DNA from: Candidatus Thorarchaeota archaeon
Lineage (GTDB): Archaea; Asgardarchaeota; Thorarchaeia; Thorarchaeales; Thorarchaeaceae
Assembly (NCBI GenBank): GCA_016839275.1
Contig: JAEOUM010000177.1
Coordinates: forward strand, 1 to 60,812
Direction: 5' to 3'
Length of the DNA: 60,812 nucleotides
A model generated the notes under the pieces. It did no database searches and was not told where the DNA came from. It saw nothing but the letters and a program-made list of their open reading frames with translations. The number at the start of each line of letters is the position of its first letter. The stretch's first letter is position 1. The position numbers and the translations under genes were made by a program. Positions 38,300-48,528 of this stretch are shown piece by piece.

Positions 38300-39196
38300 A
38301 TGCTCTATACTGTTATGAAGCTACGAATTAGCTCACTCCGAATTAAATTGGAAGGAGGAAGTACAATTGATAAGAGAAAGATAGTATTCCAAATGATAAT
38401 GACTTCCAAAATTGTACCGATATCAGACGAGAACATTGACGAAGTGCTCCAGCTTCTCACTGAAGACGCATTATCTAATATTGTACTGATTGCAGACTGT
38501 ACTCAACTGAAAGAGTGGTGTGATATCCGCATTCTCAAAAACAATAACGAAATCGATGCCATTTTTTCAGTATATAGAGACCTCGATTTTCTAGCCACAG
38601 CATTCTGGTGCCGAGATGTGATATCATTAAGAGTTGTCATGAAAGATTTCGGCAACATTCTTGTCGGAAAAGAGTTCGTAGCGATTTGCACGCAAGACCA
38701 GCTTGCGCAATTTGCAAAAGCCTGTGTAATTCTGAAACCAATCAAGGAACGTCAGATGATTGTTGATAGATCAATCAAGCTACATTGCGATTGTCGAAAG
38801 ATTCCAGTCAGGCTCTCAATTCATGACTCTAGAAAGCTGAAAGAACTTTACAACGTCACAGGAACACCAGCATGGACACCTAATGCAATGAACCTAGGAC
38901 CTTTCTACGGAATTATTGAAGAAGATAGAACCATTGCTGCAGCTGCAGGTGTCCATTTCATGACACCCTATGGGACTGAGATTGGTAATGTGGCCACACA
39001 TCCAGACCATGTAAGGAAAGGGTACGCTGCCGCATGTATCAAGGCAGTAGTTGAAGAAGTCCTTAAGGATTCGGACCTTGTCATACTACATTACTTCGAA
39101 AGTAATGTACCAGCGCAACAACTCTATGAAAAAATGGGATTCATATATTCGAAGGCAGATCCAGTCTTCTTCGTGAGAGCTACATGCACAGGTTGA
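38300..39196 (+). CDS. GNAT acetyltransferase with C-terminal FR47-like domain; true start probably further downstream
   Basis: AAAAGVH, IGNVATHPDHVRKGYA and NVPAQQLYEKMGF. Confidence 0.85.
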   Translation: MLYTVMKLRISSLRIKLEGGSTIDKRKIVFQMIMTSKIVPISDENIDEVLQLLTEDALSNIVLIADCTQLKEWCDIRILKNNNEIDAIFSVYRDLDFLATAFWCRDVISLRVVMKDFGNILVGKEFVAICTQDQLAQFAKACVILKPIKERQMIVDRSIKLHCDCRKIPVRLSIHDSRKLKELYNVTGTPAWTPNAMNLGPFYGIIEEDRTIAAAAGVHFMTPYGTEIGNVATHPDHVRKGYAAACIKAVVEEVLKDSDLVILHYFESNVPAQQLYEKMGFIYSKADPVFFVRATCTG

Positions 39197-39325
39197 GAAA
39201 CTTCTATTGCTCCACAAATAAAATCGTGATTCTTATCTAGTGCTTATCCGAAATTTTAGAGCACTTGGAAATTACGCAAAGAGATTCGTACTACAAATGC
39301 AAGAATTCTACATCGACTCAATAAT

Positions 39326-40168
39326 CTAATCTCGGCTATCAATCATATATTTTGTATTCAATCCAAGATTGTAGATTCGTTTCAAGGATTTCTCAGCATC
39401 ATAATACCAGAAGGTTTTGGTAAGAATCCATTTGAATTTGAGATTTCGATATCGTCGTAATGCAGCAAGAGATTGTTTTCTAAGGGCATCTGTTGGGGTC
39501 GAGGGGTCCTTACTTAACTCACGAAGTTGATGAAGTTTGGTTTCGATTGACAAAAGATCCCTATTTAGAGTCCTCTCAATTGCTTCTTTAATCTGAACCG
39601 AATCTGAAGATTCGGCTAATCGAAGTCGCGACCACCGCATAGAACGGGCACCTATGGATTTAAGCTGGTTATTGAATTCCTTGGAGTCTAATAATGAACG
39701 CTCTTTTTCATAATCGAGGATCTTTCTACGCTCTCTAGCACGTAATACCGGAAACAGGAGGATACCGGGCCTAATTCGAATGCCCATAGACCGTCTTAGA
39801 AGACGTTCAACACGCTTTTTTTGACCAGGAGTTGGATTATTAAAACTGTAGGAAACTATCGAATATGTTCTGAAGGCATGTGGGTCATCAAGTCGGGTTT
39901 TTATTCCGGGAATCTCACGCGTCCGAATGAAGGATAGTATAGGCAATGAGTGAAGAAGGTCAGTGTAAGCACCAACATTTGAGCCTGCAATAAAGAGCCC
40001 TTTTCCAACACGCACAAAATCGTCGTATTGACTTAGTTTCTTTGAAACTCCTCTGATGCCTTCTTTAGATCCAAGAAGTACAACTAGTCGTGATGTGCCC
40101 TTTAGATCAATCTGAGCAGGATTGATACTCTCAGTATTCACCTCGTTCACGATCATTAAACCATCCAT
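39326..40168 (-). CDS. Hypothetical protein with a ChrB-N/PaaX/Cas2-like ferredoxin-fold pattern plus coiled coil
   Basis: YSIVSYSFNNPTPGQKKRVERLLRRSMGIRIRPGILLFP resembles the ChrB N-terminal pattern; C-terminus is helical. Fold call is inference. Confidence 0.55.
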   Translation of the reverse strand: MDGLMIVNEVNTESINPAQIDLKGTSRLVVLLGSKEGIRGVSKKLSQYDDFVRVGKGLFIAGSNVGAYTDLLHSLPILSFIRTREIPGIKTRLDDPHAFRTYSIVSYSFNNPTPGQKKRVERLLRRSMGIRIRPGILLFPVLRARERRKILDYEKERSLLDSKEFNNQLKSIGARSMRWSRLRLAESSDSVQIKEAIERTLNRDLLSIETKLHQLRELSKDPSTPTDALRKQSLAALRRYRNLKFKWILTKTFWYYDAEKSLKRIYNLGLNTKYMIDSRD

Positions 40169-40424
40169 AATTAGAGTTTGATTGTTGACTTGATATACTC
40201 ACATGAAAACCAGAGTGACACACATGTGCGATAGCTATAACCGTTAAAATCTTTATTGTGGCAATCAAATCATCTTAGTCTTCATAAAAGAAGTTGATAG
40301 ACCTTTTATTAAAATCTAATATTCATATATACTTCAATTAGCCAAATAAAGTACTATAAACTTGATAATACACATTAGACATATTTTACATTTGATTTGC
40401 CTACGCTTGCCGAGAGGTGAAAAA

Positions 40425-40508
40425 ATGGTCTTCGATGATGAAGATACTTGGGACGACGATGACGAGGATTGGGAAGATGATGATGACTGGGACGACGACG
40501 ATTTCTAG
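40425..40508 (+). CDS. Acidic microprotein, 27 aa: MVFDDEDTWDDDDEDWEDDDDWDDDDF
   Basis: GAGAGGTGA 4 nt before the ATG; mixed GAT/GAC codons; triple stop TAG TAA TAG. Confidence 0.7.
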   Translation: MVFDDEDTWDDDDEDWEDDDDWDDDDF

Positions 40509-40605
40509 TAATAGTCGGATTCGAATCTCACAAAACTGCCATCTGTCTGTTTTAATCACCTGAATAACAATCAAATCGTATACAATATCACATAGGTGTG
40601 AACTG

Positions 40606-40701
40606 ATGGGTAGTAAAAAACCAACAACAAAGAAGCCACCTGCAAAGAAAGCAGGTGCAAAGAAAGAAGCGAAAGCTGCTGAAAAACCAAAGAAAAAGTA
40701 A
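40606..40701 (+). CDS. Basic Lys/Ala/Pro-rich microprotein, 31 aa: MGSKKPTTKKPPAKKAGAKKEAKAAEKPKKK
   Basis: AGGTG upstream; 13 Lys with mixed AAA/AAG codons; H1-tail-like PAKK/AKK repeats. Confidence 0.7.
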   Translation: MGSKKPTTKKPPAKKAGAKKEAKAAEKPKKK

Positions 40702-40708
40702 TATCAAT

Positions 40709-40781
40709 ATGACTGAGGTGAGTTTCTCCACGATTACATGAACACTCTGTGTGGATGGACTCACCTGTCATCTTTCTTTTA
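40709..40781 (+). terminator. Long imperfect hairpin plus pyrimidine tract closing the microprotein pair
   Basis: Pairings ATGAC/GTCAT, AGGTGAGT/ACTCACCT and TCCAC/GTGGA, followed by CTTTCTTTT. Confidence 0.6.
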
Positions 40782-40892
40782 CTGAATTTAGTATTCTAAT
40801 TCCCTTTTTTGTGGCATCCAATTGGTAATGTACTATGAGTTTGCATAATGCTAAAATGGAAGCTACCCAGCTTACCAGCAATCGTGATTTTA

Positions 40893-41228
40893 ATGACGAC
40901 AAAACAATATCCAGACTATATCAAAAGTCTTGCAAAGGCGGTTATTCCATTTCCAGGAGTACAAGGTTGGGTTGCACAGGGAAAGAAGTTCCAGTTGGTT
41001 TTCTTTGAAATAGAAGCTGGAGGCGAAGTTTCCCCACATAGTCACGGTGAGCAGTATGGATACGTGTTTGAAGGAGAAATGATTCTCACCATAGGAGAAG
41101 AAACACAGACCTATAGAGCAGGAGATTCCTATCATATTCCAAATGGAGTGATTCACCACGCGAAGTTCAGTACTTTCGTCCGAGTGATGGATTTCTTCCT
41201 AGAGGCAGACAGGTATAAGACAGAGTAG
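40893..41228 (+). CDS. Cupin domain protein
   Basis: PHSHGEQYG.V.EG and GDSYHIPNGVIHHA. Confidence 0.9.
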   Translation: MTTKQYPDYIKSLAKAVIPFPGVQGWVAQGKKFQLVFFEIEAGGEVSPHSHGEQYGYVFEGEMILTIGEETQTYRAGDSYHIPNGVIHHAKFSTFVRVMDFFLEADRYKTE

Positions 41229-41301
41229 GTTTATTTCACGCACAATCTCAAAGTACTCTAACAAAATAACTGCATATATAGACAGCAAGAAGGCTTGGAT
41301 T

Positions 41302-42615
41302 GTGGACATAGAAGAAAAAGAGCAATCTAGACAGGACGGTGTTTCAGGTTCTTTGAAACATAGTCAACTCATCACTGTTCTCAATCTTTCCGCGGTCACT
41401 TTTCTCGTGTTGTTAGGATTGAGCATGGTTTCACCCATTCTTCCGGGGTATGCAGAGAGCTTTCGGGTTTCGTATACACTCGTGGGATTTGTGATTTCCT
41501 CTTTTGCGGTCACTCGAATGATTTTAGATATCCCAGCAGGGCTTCTTTCAAGAAAACATGACAAAAAAATGATCATGATATTGGGTTTGACATTAATTGT
41601 TGTTTCATCAGTCATGGCAGGATTTGCACCAACGTATATTGTACTCGTTATTGCAAGGATGATTGAGGGTGCGGGTTCTGCGTTATATGTTACATCGGCT
41701 ACTGTCTTTCTGGCTCAAATATCAGGAAAAGAGAAACGTGGCCAGTGGATGAGTCTCTACTCAGGAATGCTGCTTCTTGGAAGTATATTTGGCCCCACAT
41801 TTGGTGGCGTTATTGCTTCATCTTTTGATATACGTGCTCCCTTCTTTGCGTATGCCCTTGTCGCAGGATTGGGTGTTATTCCAACTCTAACTCTTCCAAA
41901 AATACAGAACTCTGAACACGCCTCAGGTTCAGATGAACGAAAATCTACCATTCGGGATATGTGGCAAGTTCTCACATACCCCTCATTTCTTCTCGCGACT
42001 TTCGCAACCTTTGCTCTGTTCTTCATCAGAACTGGAGTACGAAGCACACTTGTCCCTCTGTTTGCAGCAAATAATCTTGGGTTAGACCCCAGTTTTATCG
42101 GGGGGATTCTTACTGTAGCTGGAATAACGACTGCTGCGACCATGGTGCCGATGGGAAGCCTCTCAGATAGAATCGGAAGAAGGAATCCTCTAGCAATATG
42201 TCTGTTACTTTCTGCGCTCATTTCAATTTGGATTCCCTATTCTAGCAATCTGCTTGAATTGACAATCAACATGGCGATTTATGGAGCAATTATTGGATTA
42301 TCAGGACCTATTGCTGCGTTTGTAACAGATGTGTCTCCACAAGACAAGCTTGAGGTCTCTATGGGTCTCTATCGAATGATAAGTGACATGGGGTTCATTG
42401 CAGGACCCTTGTTCCTCGGTTACCTGTCAGATATAACAGCAACTCCTGTTCCTGGGGAAACTCATTCAGGACTCATCAGTGTGCTACCTTTCATAGCAGC
42501 AGCAATACTCTTAGTAATAGCTGGGTTGACTCTTCTGACAGCCCCTGATCCAATAAGAGCAAAGAACGCACAGAAGAAAATCAGTGCATTAGAGCAAGAT
42601 GATGATTCCTTTTAA
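41302..42615 (+). CDS. MFS transporter (DHA-like)
   Basis: About 12 TM helices; ARMIEGAG and GSLSDRIGRR. Confidence 0.92.
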   Translation: MDIEEKEQSRQDGVSGSLKHSQLITVLNLSAVTFLVLLGLSMVSPILPGYAESFRVSYTLVGFVISSFAVTRMILDIPAGLLSRKHDKKMIMILGLTLIVVSSVMAGFAPTYIVLVIARMIEGAGSALYVTSATVFLAQISGKEKRGQWMSLYSGMLLLGSIFGPTFGGVIASSFDIRAPFFAYALVAGLGVIPTLTLPKIQNSEHASGSDERKSTIRDMWQVLTYPSFLLATFATFALFFIRTGVRSTLVPLFAANNLGLDPSFIGGILTVAGITTAATMVPMGSLSDRIGRRNPLAICLLLSALISIWIPYSSNLLELTINMAIYGAIIGLSGPIAAFVTDVSPQDKLEVSMGLYRMISDMGFIAGPLFLGYLSDITATPVPGETHSGLISVLPFIAAAILLVIAGLTLLTAPDPIRAKNAQKKISALEQDDDSF

Positions 42616-42685
42616 TAAATCTAAGAAGGTTCAAGGAATATTCAATAATAGGTTCAAAACATAACATCAGTGGGATCTATCATTT

Positions 42686-42898
42686 TTAAGTATCCGAGTA
42701 CAAGAGAGCCAAAGATACAATGAGTAGGATTATTCCAGTCATCCAATGGTGATACTGAAATCCAAAAGGTGCAATATGGAACTCACTCAAATCCGGAAGA
42801 ATATGGCCTATTGGTAATCCAAACATCCATAATTCATCTACAAGAAACACGACTCCAATGAGGATGAGAATGATTGCAAGAGCCTTGCGTTTTGGCAA
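42686..42898 (-). CDS. Small 2-TM membrane protein with a HHW motif
   Basis: Two hydrophobic helices flank a His-rich loop (FQYHHWM). Confidence 0.6.
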   Translation of the reverse strand: MPKRKALAIILILIGVVFLVDELWMFGLPIGHILPDLSEFHIAPFGFQYHHWMTGIILLIVSLALLYSDT

Positions 42899-42928
42899 CC
42901 CTTTTCTTACCGCCCTTTGTAAATCATC

Positions 42929-44344
42929 TCATATCATAGCTCTTTCTATATTCCCTTTTTCCTCTGATAGTAGCGTAGTGTGATATCCGAGTAATCGAGC
43001 ATAGAGCTGCAATGGAAATTTTGTACTAAGTATAGCTTGCTCATTGTATGCGCACTTGATTTCCATTTGGCTCTCTAACATATCATGAATCTGTTTTTCG
43101 TACTCCTCGAGCTCTTCAATCATGTCGTTGTCGAAAAAGAATTGCATATCAGTAGTGGCAGCGAGACCCTTGAAATTAAGATCCTGTGCCTCAGAATAAA
43201 GTTCATCCCACACATCAACTGCTTTCTCTATACTAAAACTCCCATCATCAAGAAGCCATTTATGCCATTCTAAGACCCGAAGATTGTCATTTGAATCAAT
43301 CAATTTACGATCAAAACCAAACTTGTACATTTCTTTTTTCACATCTTCTATACAGTCTTCTGAACAGACATAGAGAACCATGTAACCAGCATCATAACGA
43401 TGTTTCAAAAAGGTAAACAAAACCCTATATTTGACTTCTGAAGACTGATAGAGAAGAAGCCTATGAACATGGGATGTTCCCCCTTCTGCCCCGTCTTGAG
43501 GCGAGATAGACAGTGTTATCCCATCAATAGTCTTCCAATGAACGGACTCGTGCCAGTGATCCTCGAAATTTCTATGCGTCAGTGTTACTAGACTATCATT
43601 ATTTGTCCATAGACAATTCGATGAGGGGAGATGATTGACACCAGAAGTGATGAGTAGGAGCTGAGAATGATCAGCGAGAAGATAAAATGCTGTGGGATTT
43701 AGTAGGTACTTCATTGGTATTTCAATCTCGCTGGGAAATCGCCTATGAAGTATTTTAGGAATCCTGTCACGACCTGCCGATGGCTCGCTGATTATTCTAA
43801 CCTTGATTCCACGTTCAACAGCACTTTGAAGAACTTCACCATGTGTTGATAATAACCATGTCAAATCGGCGCGAGAGAGTAGAAGGTCCAGTTGTTGCTT
43901 TGCCTGGCTTATCATATCAAATAATATTGTCCTAATCGATTCTTTCTCTTGGATGAGTGAAAAATCAGACACTAATTCTTCATCAGCATGGACTTCTGCA
44001 GTATGATGACCTAGATATTGTAGTAGCTCCTGAGATCTGCTAGAGAGGTCTGCAATACGCTCTTTGGCTCGTTCTTTCTCAAGTTTCACTAGCAAAGAGA
44101 TCGATGCTGTCGGGTTGGGAGTTTTCAGTCGGATTGGTTTCCCAAGAAGGCGTTCAATTAATCCGAATTTTTCAAGTTCTGGAAGCAGACGATAGACTTC
44201 TTCTCTCCGGACTCCAGAAGCCTCTGCCGCTTCGGAAACAGTGGGAGTTCCCAAACGCGCCGTTGCAATGAACACTTTTACTTGATTCTCTGTAAGTCCA
44301 AACTCTGACAGAATGTCGAAATTGATGCTGTCCTTACTATTCAA
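42929..44344 (-). CDS. TrmB-family regulator with a C-terminal MEDS-like sensory domain
   Basis: TrmB HTH FGLTENQVKVF...VYRLLPELEKFGLI; effector domain MISQAKQQL...GIKVRII; MEDS-like H.LLLY...LEEYE...CAY. Confidence 0.82.
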   Translation of the reverse strand: MNSKDSINFDILSEFGLTENQVKVFIATARLGTPTVSEAAEASGVRREEVYRLLPELEKFGLIERLLGKPIRLKTPNPTASISLLVKLEKERAKERIADLSSRSQELLQYLGHHTAEVHADEELVSDFSLIQEKESIRTILFDMISQAKQQLDLLLSRADLTWLLSTHGEVLQSAVERGIKVRIISEPSAGRDRIPKILHRRFPSEIEIPMKYLLNPTAFYLLADHSQLLLITSGVNHLPSSNCLWTNNDSLVTLTHRNFEDHWHESVHWKTIDGITLSISPQDGAEGGTSHVHRLLLYQSSEVKYRVLFTFLKHRYDAGYMVLYVCSEDCIEDVKKEMYKFGFDRKLIDSNDNLRVLEWHKWLLDDGSFSIEKAVDVWDELYSEAQDLNFKGLAATTDMQFFFDNDMIEELEEYEKQIHDMLESQMEIKCAYNEQAILSTKFPLQLYARLLGYHTTLLSEEKGNIERAMI

Positions 44345-44477
44345 AAAAGCCCCACCTGTGTAGCAAATTGTGATATTGTTACTGTGTATCTACACTCACA
44401 CCTTCTTAATAATAATCCTTAGTTCCGCTATACATAGAAAGTCAAATTCGTTCAACGAAGATAACGAGGCGGGCTAT

Positions 44478-46919
44478 ATGGATAATACTACTACAACCAC
44501 AAAAGACTTGCAAAAACTGACAATAAATGCGTTGTACGAATCGCTCAAAGCAAGTCCAACAGGACTATCATCTGAGGAAGCAAAAGCAAGATTTGAAAGA
44601 TATGGACCAAATGAACTTCTGGAGAAAAAAGTCAATCCAATATTGCGATTTCTTCGCTACTTCTGGGGACCGATACCCTTTATGATAGAAGCAGCTATGA
44701 TTCTTTCAGCTGTTGTACAACACTGGCCAGACTTCTGGATAATAACTCTAATGCTGTTAATGAACGGAATCGTCGGATTTTATCAGGAGAGCAAGGCAGA
44801 CAGTGCAATTGAGAAACTTAAGGAAAGATTATCGCCCACAGCTCGCGTTCTTCGTGATGGAAACTTGAAACAAATTTCTGCGAGAGAAGTTGTTCCGGGT
44901 GACATCGTACGAATACGTCCTGGAGATATAATTCCAGCTGATTTGAAACTGATTTCGGGAGAATATCTATCTGTCGATCAGTCTGCTCTCACTGGAGAAT
45001 CATTACCCGTGGACAAGTCTGTTGGTGACGTTTCCTTTCAGGGGTCTCCAGTCAGAATGGGAGAGATGGAAGGTTTAGTAGTCAATACGGGGATGAGTAC
45101 ATATTACGGTAGGACTGCCAAGCTAGTTGAGGAAGCTGTAACAAAAAGTCATTTTGAAAAAATCATTAGAAAGATAGGTAACTACCTAATTGCACTAGCT
45201 GTTACTGCTGCAGTTATTGTCTTTGCAGTGGGGATTATTCGAGGAGATAATATTCTCGAGAATATCAGATTCGTTCTTGTTCTAACCGTAGCAGCAATCC
45301 CGGTAGCATTGCCAGCTGTTCTCTCGGTGACAATGGCAGTTGGTGCAGTGGCTCTTGCTAAGAAAGGGGCAATTGTTAGCAAACTAGCAGCTATAGAAGA
45401 AATGGCTGGAGTGGATATTCTTTGTACAGATAAGACGGGGACTATAACCAAAAACGAGCTGAGCATTGGTTCTATAAAACCATATGGCGATTTCACAGAG
45501 AAAGACGTTTTGCGGTTCGGGCTCTTGGCATCCAAAAAAGGAAATAACGATGCGATAGACGACGCAATAATTTATCGTGCGGAATCAGATCCTAATCGTG
45601 AGCCTGTCACCAACCTAAAGCTGCTTGAATTCAAACCGTTTGATCCCGTTTCAAAGAGAACTGAGGCTACATTCGAGTCTTCTGATAGTAGTCAGTTCAA
45701 GGTATCGAAAGGAGCCCCACAAGTCATTGCAGGTCTGACAAATGAATCAGATAGTATTAATGATCAGATTGACAAGGATGTATTGACTTTCGCGGAGAAG
45801 GGATATCGAGCATTAGGCGTTGCAAAAACTAGTTCAGATAATTCGTGGCATTTCGTAGGTTTGTTAGCACTCTTTGATCCACCGCGTGATGATTCTGCTG
45901 AGACCATAGCAAGCGCACAAAAAATGGGGATAAATGTGAAGATGGTCACAGGAGATCATGTAGCAATTGCAAAGGAGATTGCAAGTAGGGTCGGTCTAGG
46001 CCAAAACATGGCGCTACCTAAAAATTTCACTGATGTATCTGATGACGTGGCTGAACCTATCGTCGAGTCTGTTGATGGATTTGCCCAGGTATATCCTGAA
46101 CATAAATACCGAATTGTAAGCCTTCTTCAAGATAAAAATCATATAGTTGGGATGACTGGGGATGGTGTTAATGATGCCCCTGCTTTGAAGAAAGCAGATG
46201 TTGGAATCGCAGTAGAAGGTTCAACAGATGTAGCTAAATCAGCTGCGGATATCGTTCTCACTGGAGTTGGCATCTCAGTAATTGTAGATGCAATAAAGAA
46301 CAGCCGAAAAATTTTCCAACGAATGAGTAATTATTCAATCTATCGTATTGCAGAATCAATACGAGTGATTCTTTTCATTGCAGCAGCAATACTGGTATTT
46401 CAGTTTTATCCAGTCACCCCAATTATGATTGTGCTACTTGCGTTACTGAACGATTTACCAATAATGACCATTGCTTATGATAATGTGAAGTACTCTAAGA
46501 CTCCTGAACGATGGAATTCGAAAATGCTCTTAGGAATGGCAACTTTCTTGGGAATAATCGGTGTAACTGCTTCATTTGGAATCTTTGTCATTGGAGACAC
46601 AGTCTTTCATCTAAGTCGTGCAGTCCTCCAATCATTCATTTATCTAAAACTTTCCGTGGCCGGACATCTCACTCTTCTTGTTGCCCGGACACGAGGACCA
46701 TTCTGGTCTGTGAAACCTGCTCTACCCTTGATTTCTGCAATAATTGGAACACAATTTATTGCCACATTGATCACTGTGTACGGATTTCTACTTCCAGCGA
46801 TGGGATGGGGCCTTGCCCTTTTCGTTTGGGGCTATGCTCTAGTGTGGTTCTTAATCACTGATGTGTTGAAGACTGTCTTCTACAAGCATGGCGGTCTTGC
46901 AGTATTAGAAGAAATGTAA
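44478..46919 (+). CDS. P-type ATPase of the P3A plasma-membrane H+-ATPase family
   Basis: [53 protein letters not shown] and [12 protein letters not shown]. Start placed after GAGGCG. Confidence 0.93.
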   Translation: MDNTTTTTKDLQKLTINALYESLKASPTGLSSEEAKARFERYGPNELLEKKVNPILRFLRYFWGPIPFMIEAAMILSAVVQHWPDFWIITLMLLMNGIVGFYQESKADSAIEKLKERLSPTARVLRDGNLKQISAREVVPGDIVRIRPGDIIPADLKLISGEYLSVDQSALTGESLPVDKSVGDVSFQGSPVRMGEMEGLVVNTGMSTYYGRTAKLVEEAVTKSHFEKIIRKIGNYLIALAVTAAVIVFAVGIIRGDNILENIRFVLVLTVAAIPVALPAVLSVTMAVGAVALAKKGAIVSKLAAIEEMAGVDILCTDKTGTITKNELSIGSIKPYGDFTEKDVLRFGLLASKKGNNDAIDDAIIYRAESDPNREPVTNLKLLEFKPFDPVSKRTEATFESSDSSQFKVSKGAPQVIAGLTNESDSINDQIDKDVLTFAEKGYRALGVAKTSSDNSWHFVGLLALFDPPRDDSAETIASAQKMGINVKMVTGDHVAIAKEIASRVGLGQNMALPKNFTDVSDDVAEPIVESVDGFAQVYPEHKYRIVSLLQDKNHIVGMTGDGVNDAPALKKADVGIAVEGSTDVAKSAADIVLTGVGISVIVDAIKNSRKIFQRMSNYSIYRIAESIRVILFIAAAILVFQFYPVTPIMIVLLALLNDLPIMTIAYDNVKYSKTPERWNSKMLLGMATFLGIIGVTASFGIFVIGDTVFHLSRAVLQSFIYLKLSVAGHLTLLVARTRGPFWSVKPALPLISAIIGTQFIATLITVYGFLLPAMGWGLALFVWGYALVWFLITDVLKTVFYKHGGLAVLEEM

Positions 46920-46936
46920 AAAACGGAGAGAAAAAA

Positions 46937-48511
46937 ATGTCAATCAAAAGCTCTGACCAAGGCGAAGAGAAGGTTAGCAAGGGCAGCTTAAAGCGAGACC
47001 TTGGATTGACAACTCTTGTCGCACTTGGCGTGGGGAGCATAATAGGTTCAGGCATGTTTGCCATGCCTGCTGTAATGGGATCCGTTGCAGGTCCAGCATT
47101 AATTATTGCAATCGTGCTGACCGGCATCGTAACAACACTGCTAGCTATTTCTTATGCAGAATTAGGTTCAGCATTTCCGCTTAGTGGAGGGCCATATTCA
47201 CTTCCCAGACTAGCACTTGGGGATACTGGTGGCTTTCTAATGGGATGGGGATACTTTCTCTATGCATTTATTGGAACAGCGGCAATCATTGATATTTTTG
47301 TCACATACCTAGCATTTTGGGTACCAGGTCTTGCTATAGGAGAAACTCTAACACCTCTTGGAATCATAATTGCAGTAGTTGCATTGTGGATATTCACCGC
47401 AATCAATGTTGTCGGTGTAAAGTGGGGAGGACTCTATAGTCTCGTAACGACAATCGGAAAAATAATTCCATTGATAGTTTTTGCAGCAGTAGGACTGTCT
47501 TTCTTCAGCGGAGTGAACTTCGTACCACTATTACCATTTGGGCTCACTGGTGTCACTCTAGCGATGGCCTTTGAATTCTGGGCATTCACAGGTTTCGAAT
47601 CCGTAGTAGTTCCAACAGAAGAGGTCAAGAATCCTGAGAAGACTATTCCTCGTGCAATGTTATTGACCATGGCAATTGTCATAACTGTCTATGTATTGAT
47701 TGCAATCGCATTCGTAGGCATGATCAATTGGAGTGGTCTTGGTATCGCAGTTGGCGATTGGGGTAGTATTGGTAATCTTACTTCACCATTATCAAATGTT
47801 GCACAAGCAGCAGGATTACCCATTCTGGCAATTGTAGCAACAATCGGAGCACTCATATCCACTGCTGGTAGCGGAGGCGACTGGGTTCTTCTTCAAGGTA
47901 GAATTCCATATGCAATGGCAAAAGACGGACTCTTCTGGGGGCCGATGGATTCTGTGCATCATAAATGGGGAACTCCATTCGTTGCACTAATATTTGCATC
48001 AGTTATGACAATGATCATTCAGATATTTATACCAAATTTCCCATCAGTTGCTCTGATAGCATCTATTACTGCACTTGTTCCATATGCGGCAGCAGTCTTG
48101 TCAGTACCTATCCTAAGAAAGACGAAACCCAATGTCAACAGACCATTCAAGCTACCTGTTCCAATTTTGATTACAGGCTTGGGCTTTATCTTGGCAACTC
48201 TACTAATCTATTGGGCATCATGGCCTTGGACACTTGTGGGAGCAATTCTCATGCTCATTGGATATCCACTATATCTGACATTCAAAGGTAAGAAGTTTGA
48301 GTTCACGCGCAGTCTATGGATTCTAGTGTACCTAGTGTTCATAATTGTGATGTCGTATGTTGGAGATACCAACTTCATCTACGAAAACTTCCTTCCGATT
48401 GGACCACTGGGTCTAATTCCAATGCCTTACGATATGATTGTAGTGACTATTTTTGCAATAGCAATCTACGCATGGGCATACAAAGCCAATACTAAGGAAA
48501 TCATGAACTAG
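46937..48511 (+). CDS. APC family amino-acid permease (candidate arginine/ornithine antiporter)
   Basis: GSIIGSGMF, YAELGSAFP.SGG and FTGFE; directly upstream of the arc genes. Confidence 0.88.
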   Translation: MSIKSSDQGEEKVSKGSLKRDLGLTTLVALGVGSIIGSGMFAMPAVMGSVAGPALIIAIVLTGIVTTLLAISYAELGSAFPLSGGPYSLPRLALGDTGGFLMGWGYFLYAFIGTAAIIDIFVTYLAFWVPGLAIGETLTPLGIIIAVVALWIFTAINVVGVKWGGLYSLVTTIGKIIPLIVFAAVGLSFFSGVNFVPLLPFGLTGVTLAMAFEFWAFTGFESVVVPTEEVKNPEKTIPRAMLLTMAIVITVYVLIAIAFVGMINWSGLGIAVGDWGSIGNLTSPLSNVAQAAGLPILAIVATIGALISTAGSGGDWVLLQGRIPYAMAKDGLFWGPMDSVHHKWGTPFVALIFASVMTMIIQIFIPNFPSVALIASITALVPYAAAVLSVPILRKTKPNVNRPFKLPVPILITGLGFILATLLIYWASWPWTLVGAILMLIGYPLYLTFKGKKFEFTRSLWILVYLVFIIVMSYVGDTNFIYENFLPIGPLGLIPMPYDMIVVTIFAIAIYAWAYKANTKEIMN

Positions 48512-48528
48512 AAGGAGATGAAAGGAAC

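Noticed and set aside
40515-40540. tRNA-like GGATTCGAATC...CCA
   Set aside because: No pairing T-stem, acceptor stem or anticodon arm; it is only a short palindrome.
40709-40771. Hairpin as a SECIS element
   Set aside because: It lacks the ATGA..AA..GA geometry, and no convincing in-frame TGA selenoprotein lies upstream.
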